Source: a virus. Taken from it: a stretch of DNA of 64,000 nucleotides. Position numbers and translations under genes: made by a program. Positions 58,879 to 64,000 of the stretch are shown here, piece by piece; within the stretch, counting starts at the first letter, position 1; every line of letters starts with the position of its first letter. Location of the stretch: positions 64,001 to 128,000 of IMG/VR virus record IMGVR_UViG_3300031576_001126. One strand, 5' to 3'. The notes beneath the pieces were generated by a model. That model saw only the letters and a program-made list of their open reading frames with translations. It made no database searches and had not been told where the DNA came from.

Positions 58879-60042
58879 ATGAAGAATGAAACAAAAACGA
58901 TTGAGCATAATGATGAAAATTTAGCAGAAAAGGATACAGTAAGAGAAATTTCTCTTGAAAATGTCATAGATGATGTTAGTAAAACCAATAACATTCCTAA
59001 AGACAAATTAAAGAGAAATGTTGAAGAGTGGATTGTTGCCCTTATGAACAAGGGTGTTGTTGTCTCTTTGGAAATTAAAAGATGGAGAGCCAATTCAAAG
59101 GTTTCACCGGATGAGGTTGGTATTGATGATTCGAAACCAGAATATTCCGAGTATAAAGAAAAATACCTGACCCTGGGAAACAAAAAACTTTTACCTAAAA
59201 GGGTATTAAAGGAAATAGCCTCAATAGAAAATCGTGCAAGAAAAAACCTTGAAGACCATTCGATTGAGACTGTATGGGGAAGATTTATTCCACACACATC
59301 GTTCAAGGAATGGAAAGATAACAATGATGGAATTAGGGCCGAATTTTTCAACAAGGCTAATGAGATTGCCACGAATTGGTTGCCTCTTGGCGAGGAAGTT
59401 ATTAATGATTATGAAAATTTTATATCTTCTAATTACGAAGATAAAACAAAACATAAAGAAGAGATAGAAGAAACAAAAAGAGGTCTTGTTGAAGATTTGA
59501 AAAGAGAAATGATTACACCAGAACATTTTGTTTTCACATTTGATTATGAAGTTTTTTTCACCTATATTCCTTTACCATCTGTAATTCAAAAAGATTTACT
59601 AGAACAAGAAAAACTGCGGCTGGAACAAGAACAATTGACTAGCGAAGCTGAAATGAATGAAAGAGTTCGAGAAGAAATTCTTAAAAAGAAATCCGAGCAT
59701 ATTGACGAATTTCTACAAGCTACAGCAGGAGCTATTGGCGAATCCACTAAGAGAATTTTGGATGAGGTTCGCATAGCAATTGGTGAAAACGGAGAGAAAG
59801 AAGTAAGTCCAAGCATTAAGAAAAAATTATTGAAATTGATTAAAACAGTAAGAAGTTTGGATTTTTTTCAAGAAGACAACACAGTTAACGCATTAAACAA
59901 ACTTGAAGTCGATTTAAATTCAACAAAAGAAGAGAAAAAAACATTCAACAGCATAAAGGAAAGTGTTGATGCTTTTGAAAAATCAGCCAAATCTATGTTT
60001 AATGAATGGATTTATGGCAGGATCAATATGATTGAGATATAA
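58879..60042 (+). CDS. DUF3150-like protein
   Basis: VVSLEIKRW...K...EVG...LGNKKLLP...L.......RAR..L......GRFIP pattern followed by a coiled-coil; GAGGAG RBS. Confidence 0.55.
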   Translation: MKNETKTIEHNDENLAEKDTVREISLENVIDDVSKTNNIPKDKLKRNVEEWIVALMNKGVVVSLEIKRWRANSKVSPDEVGIDDSKPEYSEYKEKYLTLGNKKLLPKRVLKEIASIENRARKNLEDHSIETVWGRFIPHTSFKEWKDNNDGIRAEFFNKANEIATNWLPLGEEVINDYENFISSNYEDKTKHKEEIEETKRGLVEDLKREMITPEHFVFTFDYEVFFTYIPLPSVIQKDLLEQEKLRLEQEQLTSEAEMNERVREEILKKKSEHIDEFLQATAGAIGESTKRILDEVRIAIGENGEKEVSPSIKKKLLKLIKTVRSLDFFQEDNTVNALNKLEVDLNSTKEEKKTFNSIKESVDAFEKSAKSMFNEWIYGRINMIEI

Positions 60043-60056
60043 CCGAGGCTGGACTT

Positions 60057-61220
60057 ATGCGGGCTCGCATTAAAACCGAAGGTGTAGATTCCAGTGTTTC
60101 TATTGATATTATCTCTCCAATATCCCTAGATCCTTCTCGTGGTTTTGTTAAAAGATTAATTGGTCACAACAACGGAGAATATTGCGCCTTTCTTTTAAAG
60201 AATATAGAAAATTTTATGGGGGAATTGAGTCCTTCTAAATCTTCTGAAATCTATCATTCTTCTCCTGTGTTTAGAGGCAGGGTAACAAAATATCATTCTG
60301 AAGAAATGTTGGGATATGTTTTTTATCCCGCCAATGTTCCAATAAAATTACATTTCTTGGGGGATATTTTTCAATACGATATCCATTGGTTGGAATTAAG
60401 CGAAATTAATAATTTTATGAGAGCTAATTTTAATTGTGAGATTCCCTCCTCCTCGAAAAAAAGTCGTACTTTACGATTTGCTTCTTCTCCTTCGGTAACT
60501 ACCGATGTAACCATACAGCCTCAAGAATATGTTGAAACAAAATCAAACTATACAAAATATATATGTTCAATGAAGCATATAAAAGAACAACCCAGACAAT
60601 TTAAAAAACCGGAAGGTTGGGATCTTGTTCCTGAATCGTCTTCAAAAACAAAATATAAACTAGGCGGAGAAGAGAGAATCTTCTGCTTAGGTTGCGCAAT
60701 GCAAAAAAAAACCAACTCAAGATACTTGATGACGGCAATTGATGCTTTTTCCCACAGTATTATAATTTCTGATTTGGATTTGGATTTTGTTCAAGGAATA
60801 AAAAAAGAATTTTACAAACACAAAGACAACTATGATACCATAGATCAGTGGTTATATGATTCAGATTTTATTTTATCTTCTTCAGGCAAAGGTTTTAATA
60901 AGAAAATAAAAATCGAACATAGTCCATCTATTTATTCAAATCTTAGTGGAGAACTTATTATTCCGAATAAAGAGTATATAGCAATTAGAGCCATGGAGGA
61001 AGATGTTTGCAGGAATCAACTTTATAACGGAAATTTTTTTAACAAAAAAATAGATAAAGAGAACATTTCGGAAGGCGATTTATGTGTTTTTGAAATTGAA
61101 AATAGAAAACTAGAATTTCGTTGCATGACAACTAACAAGCCGTACAAAACAATAATTTTAAAAGATAATCAGTTTAAGTCATATCCGGAAAATTCTATTA
61201 TAAATATGCTGGAAATATAG
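60057..61220 (+). CDS. Hypothetical protein with a possible gp32-like Zn-binding SSB core
   Basis: TLRF..P...IC...FCLGC...K..SRY....ID.....I.D....DF.L...GKG pattern recalls phage gp32-type OB-fold SSBs (by eye only). Confidence 0.4.
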   Translation: MRARIKTEGVDSSVSIDIISPISLDPSRGFVKRLIGHNNGEYCAFLLKNIENFMGELSPSKSSEIYHSSPVFRGRVTKYHSEEMLGYVFYPANVPIKLHFLGDIFQYDIHWLELSEINNFMRANFNCEIPSSSKKSRTLRFASSPSVTTDVTIQPQEYVETKSNYTKYICSMKHIKEQPRQFKKPEGWDLVPESSSKTKYKLGGEERIFCLGCAMQKKTNSRYLMTAIDAFSHSIIISDLDLDFVQGIKKEFYKHKDNYDTIDQWLYDSDFILSSSGKGFNKKIKIEHSPSIYSNLSGELIIPNKEYIAIRAMEEDVCRNQLYNGNFFNKKIDKENISEGDLCVFEIENRKLEFRCMTTNKPYKTIILKDNQFKSYPENSIINMLEI

Positions 61221-61237
61221 GTTGTGAGGAACTTGTT

Positions 61238-61762
61238 ATGGATGTAAACAAAATAGAAAATATAAATGGTGTGTTAAATTTAGTTTCAGTATCTTCAAAT
61301 TTTAGCGAAGATTATTTGCCTATAAAGTTTGTTAATATTTACGATGGAAAAAATAATTCTATTTCAGAACCAGGAGCTATTATTCAGGCAATTGGTCTTT
61401 CTGAAAAGTCATATTTAAATGTGATTTTGTCGCAATCTTGTTTTTGTGATATTTTTGCTATAATAAACGAAACTTCGACTAACAAAGCCCCGGTTAGTTG
61501 TCACAGATCTTTTATGAACATTGCAAATTTTGCAGGAATAGAATACATTATGGGATGTGGGGAGAAATATGATGTTAACAATTTGTTTTTATGGTCCTCT
61601 TTGATTATAAGACATGGTAATAATTTTTTTTCGACAGAAATACCTTTCGGCGATCTTCTTTGTTTGGGAATGATGAACAGTTTGACCGTTTGTGTTAGAA
61701 AGGATATATTCAATAAACACGGCAAGGAATTTGAAGAAATGGAAATCTCCGTGAAAAAATGA
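61238..61762 (+). CDS. Divergent bifunctional nuclease (DUF151/BFN)-like protein
   Basis: KAPVSCHRSF...LWSSLII...EIPFGDLLCLGM...VCVRKDIF parallels the RPLTHDL...FYA.L...DARPSDAIALA...IYV...VL pattern. Confidence 0.5.
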   Translation: MDVNKIENINGVLNLVSVSSNFSEDYLPIKFVNIYDGKNNSISEPGAIIQAIGLSEKSYLNVILSQSCFCDIFAIINETSTNKAPVSCHRSFMNIANFAGIEYIMGCGEKYDVNNLFLWSSLIIRHGNNFFSTEIPFGDLLCLGMMNSLTVCVRKDIFNKHGKEFEEMEISVKK

Positions 61763-62418
61763 AAAGATTTAAAAACACACAAAAAAAAATTCAAAAAAAT
61801 GATCAAGGGAATGATCAAGGAAATGAAAAAGAAATCGAAATAGACGAGTCTACTTTTTTTGATTTTATAAACACATTTTCTTCGGCAGAGACTAGGGCAG
61901 TTTACTTGGTTGGTGATATTGATGAAATAAACATATTCTCATTGATAAGGCAAATTCATGCTCTTGAGAAAAAAACACCAAAATTAGATATCACAATCTA
62001 TATTAACAGCGACGGGGGCGTTGTTCACGATTGTTTGGCTTTAATTGACGTTATGAATAGTTCTCCTTGTGATATTGTGACATATACTCTTGGAAGAGCA
62101 GCAAGCGCAGCTTGCCTTATTGCTTCAAACGGAACCCCTGGAAAACGATATGCTGGCAAAAATGCAGAATTTATGTTTCATGAAATTTATGGAGATGTTT
62201 CGGCTTTAAAATATTCAGACATTCCATATTATAAAGAAATGTTCAAAAGACAAACAAAAACCATAAGCAGAATATTTTCAAGAAATACAGGCAAATCTCA
62301 GAAAGAGATCAAAGCCACATTTATGAAAGATAATTTGGATAAGTGGATGAGTGCGATGGAAGCCAAAAAATTTGGAATTGTAGACAAAGTTATTGTCGGG
62401 AAAAGAAAAGTTGGTTGA
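61759..62418 (+). CDS. clpP: ClpP protease proteolytic subunit
   Basis: IYINSDGG, LGRAASAA (catalytic Ser), FMFH (His), LDKWMSA.EA..FG.VD (Asp). Confidence 0.92.
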   Translation: MKRFKNTQKKIQKNDQGNDQGNEKEIEIDESTFFDFINTFSSAETRAVYLVGDIDEINIFSLIRQIHALEKKTPKLDITIYINSDGGVVHDCLALIDVMNSSPCDIVTYTLGRAASAACLIASNGTPGKRYAGKNAEFMFHEIYGDVSALKYSDIPYYKEMFKRQTKTISRIFSRNTGKSQKEIKATFMKDNLDKWMSAMEAKKFGIVDKVIVGKRKVG

Positions 62419-62442
62419 AATAATAAAAAACTAGGAATTCTA

Positions 62443-63807
62443 ATGTCTGATTTTGTTCATCTTCATTGTCATTCGGATTATTCTCTTTATGACGGCTTTC
62501 AAACGGTTCCTAGCATGGTTGCCAAAGCTAAAGAGCTCGGTATGCCTGGAATTGCATTGACTGATCATGGAAAACTTGGAGGATTAATAAAATTAAGTAA
62601 ATCATGTAAAAAACACGGAATAAAAGGCGTTCCTGGTATAGAGTTTTATATTCAAGATGATTTGGAAGACCATAAGGGGAAAAGGCACCATTTAACTGTT
62701 TTAGCTAAAAATAATATTGGATTAAAAAACTTATATAAACTCGCTACAATATCTTCTGAAAATGTTTATCGTGGATTTCCAAGAATTAATTGGGAAATTC
62801 TTAAAAATCATGCCGAAGGACTTATTGTTTTTTCAGGATGTATTGTTGGAAAATTCGCATCTCTTATTGTTTCTGAAAAAATTGATGAAGCAAAAACGTT
62901 AGCCAAATTTTGCAAATACATTTGGGGAGATGATTATTATATCGAAGTTATGTGGACGGGTTACGAGCCACAAAAACTTATTTTAAAACACGGAGTAGAG
63001 ATAGCTAAAGCATTAGGAATAAAAATAGTGGCCAGCAACGATACCCATTATACAGAAAAATCAGACGGCGAATCTCAAAGAATAAAAATAGCTATTTCAA
63101 GGAATGGGCCTCTTGAAAAAAACGATTATTTGATTCACCATATGTACATGAAAACATACGATGAAATGTTAAAAACATTAGGGAGTTCTAGAGCAAGCTT
63201 TTTACACACTTCTATTGAGATTCTAGCAAAATGCGAAGCTGAAATAAAACTTGGACAAGCCAAATTACCAGTATTTGAAATTCCCACAGATAATGAAGCA
63301 TTTAATTTGTATAAAAATACTCTTAATGAACTAACTCCGGTTTCTGAAGCCTATCTTTCTTACTTGGCTTGCGAAGGATTAAAGAAAAGAAATTTATGGG
63401 ACAAATCCAACTATAGAGAAAGATTGGAAAAAGAATTAGAAACAATTAAATTTACAGGTTTTAGCACATACTTTTTAATTGTTGAAAATTATATTTCCGC
63501 AGCAAGGAAGATGCCTTCTCCAGTCGACTCGACTTGCTGTTTGAGAATTGGTTGTGCGAGAGGTTCGGGTGCCGGAAGTCTCGTTCTTTACAGTTTGGGC
63601 GTGACAAACATAGACCCTATAAAGTATGATTTAAGCATGGATCGTTTTCTTTTTGCGGAAGCGAATTATAGAGCCAGATTGTCTGATTTTTTTGAAGAGA
63701 TATCAAGCGGATTAAGTGATGACATAAATAAAAATATCCAACTAATAGAGGATTCTTCAAACTTAAAAAGTTGTAAAGAAGATAATTTATGCGTCAACGG
63801 AGTCTGA
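62443..63807 (+). CDS. dnaE: DNA polymerase III alpha, N-terminal part only (PHP + start of palm)
   Basis: HLHCHSDYSLYDG, TDHG, GIEFY, HLTVLAKN, SGC, NDTHY, YFLIV, RGSGAGSLV.Y.LG.T.IDP..Y.L...RFL, then a 51-aa unrelated tail and a stop. Confidence 0.92.
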   Translation: MSDFVHLHCHSDYSLYDGFQTVPSMVAKAKELGMPGIALTDHGKLGGLIKLSKSCKKHGIKGVPGIEFYIQDDLEDHKGKRHHLTVLAKNNIGLKNLYKLATISSENVYRGFPRINWEILKNHAEGLIVFSGCIVGKFASLIVSEKIDEAKTLAKFCKYIWGDDYYIEVMWTGYEPQKLILKHGVEIAKALGIKIVASNDTHYTEKSDGESQRIKIAISRNGPLEKNDYLIHHMYMKTYDEMLKTLGSSRASFLHTSIEILAKCEAEIKLGQAKLPVFEIPTDNEAFNLYKNTLNELTPVSEAYLSYLACEGLKKRNLWDKSNYRERLEKELETIKFTGFSTYFLIVENYISAARKMPSPVDSTCCLRIGCARGSGAGSLVLYSLGVTNIDPIKYDLSMDRFLFAEANYRARLSDFFEEISSGLSDDINKNIQLIEDSSNLKSCKEDNLCVNGV

Positions 63808-63809
63808 AT

Positions 63810-64000
63810 ATGACAGAAATTATAAACAATTTAAAAGATTCAAGATGTTATATGTCTTTTCCCATAGAGTTTGCTGGAGATGATGCTCCGAAAATAACTT
63901 CCTATAAAGAAAACATAATTGTGTTCCTTAAAAGCAAAAATGTTAAAGTTTTTGATCCTAAAAAAATATCATTCAGGGGAATAACTGAAATAATTGATAG
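63810..64000 (+). CDS. Partial ORF, possibly nucleoside 2-deoxyribosyltransferase-like
   Basis: Hand translation gives MTEIINNLKDSRCYMSFPIEF...FLKSKNVKVFDPKK... (Y.S.PI...L.....VFDP pattern). GGAG RBS; the ORF runs off the window. Confidence 0.45.
   Translation, partial: MTEIINNLKDSRCYMSFPIEFAGDDAPKITSYKENIIVFLKSKNVKVFDPKKISFRGITEIID

Noticed and set aside
63652-63807. Split-intein N-fragment at the end of dnaE
   Set aside because: The tail starts with Phe, not Cys/Ser, and lacks intein block A/B motifs. The terminal CVNGV is too short and overlaps the next gene's RBS.
1-64000. Stop-codon reassignment, as seen in some large phages
   Set aside because: Genes are full length under code 11, and TAA, TAG and TGA all end genes at boundaries coupled to the next start.
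1-64000. tRNA, rRNA or IS elements
   Set aside because: Intergenic gaps are short, and no cloverleaf, rRNA-like or transposase signatures were noticed by eye. A covariance-model scan was not run.

Overview
AT-rich, gene-dense window with essentially all real genes on the + strand and standard genetic code. It most resembles part of a jumbo/huge bacteriophage genome (inference: giant virion-like proteins, a free-standing homing endonuclease, a self-contained replication module, AGGAG-type RBSs, no rRNA/tRNA/housekeeping operons). There are three blocks. (1) 1-32.4 kb: three giant modular tail/fibre-like proteins (>1740, 6287 and 2440 aa) with Asp-box beta-propellers, PA14-like, vWA and a metal-ligand-less PHP-like domain. 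A GIY-YIG/NUMOD3/AP2 endonuclease gene lies between the first two. (2) 32.4-46 kb: a coupled 12-gene glycosylation island (GT2, GT4, CgeB-like, three methyltransferases, FnlA-type dehydratase, RmlD-like reductase) ending in a deleted, frameshifted gmd remnant. (3) 46-64 kb: nucleotide and replication genes (tmk, Myb-like HTH-metallophosphoesterase, SF2 helicase, dnaJ, a putative initiator with an internal iteron/palindrome array, Ycf46-like AAA+, DnaC-like loader, DnaB, a primase Zn-finger/degenerate UDG fusion, DUF3150-like, SSB-like, DUF151-like, ClpP, and a DnaE that stops just before its catalytic aspartates). The most novel signal is a conserved Tyr-Gly module (YGYGYG..[LI]D[FY]FDVFG-x5-[YF]GY..YGY) present five times in two giant proteins immediately upstream of the glycosylation island. 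All family assignments are from motif recognition by eye; no database searches were run.
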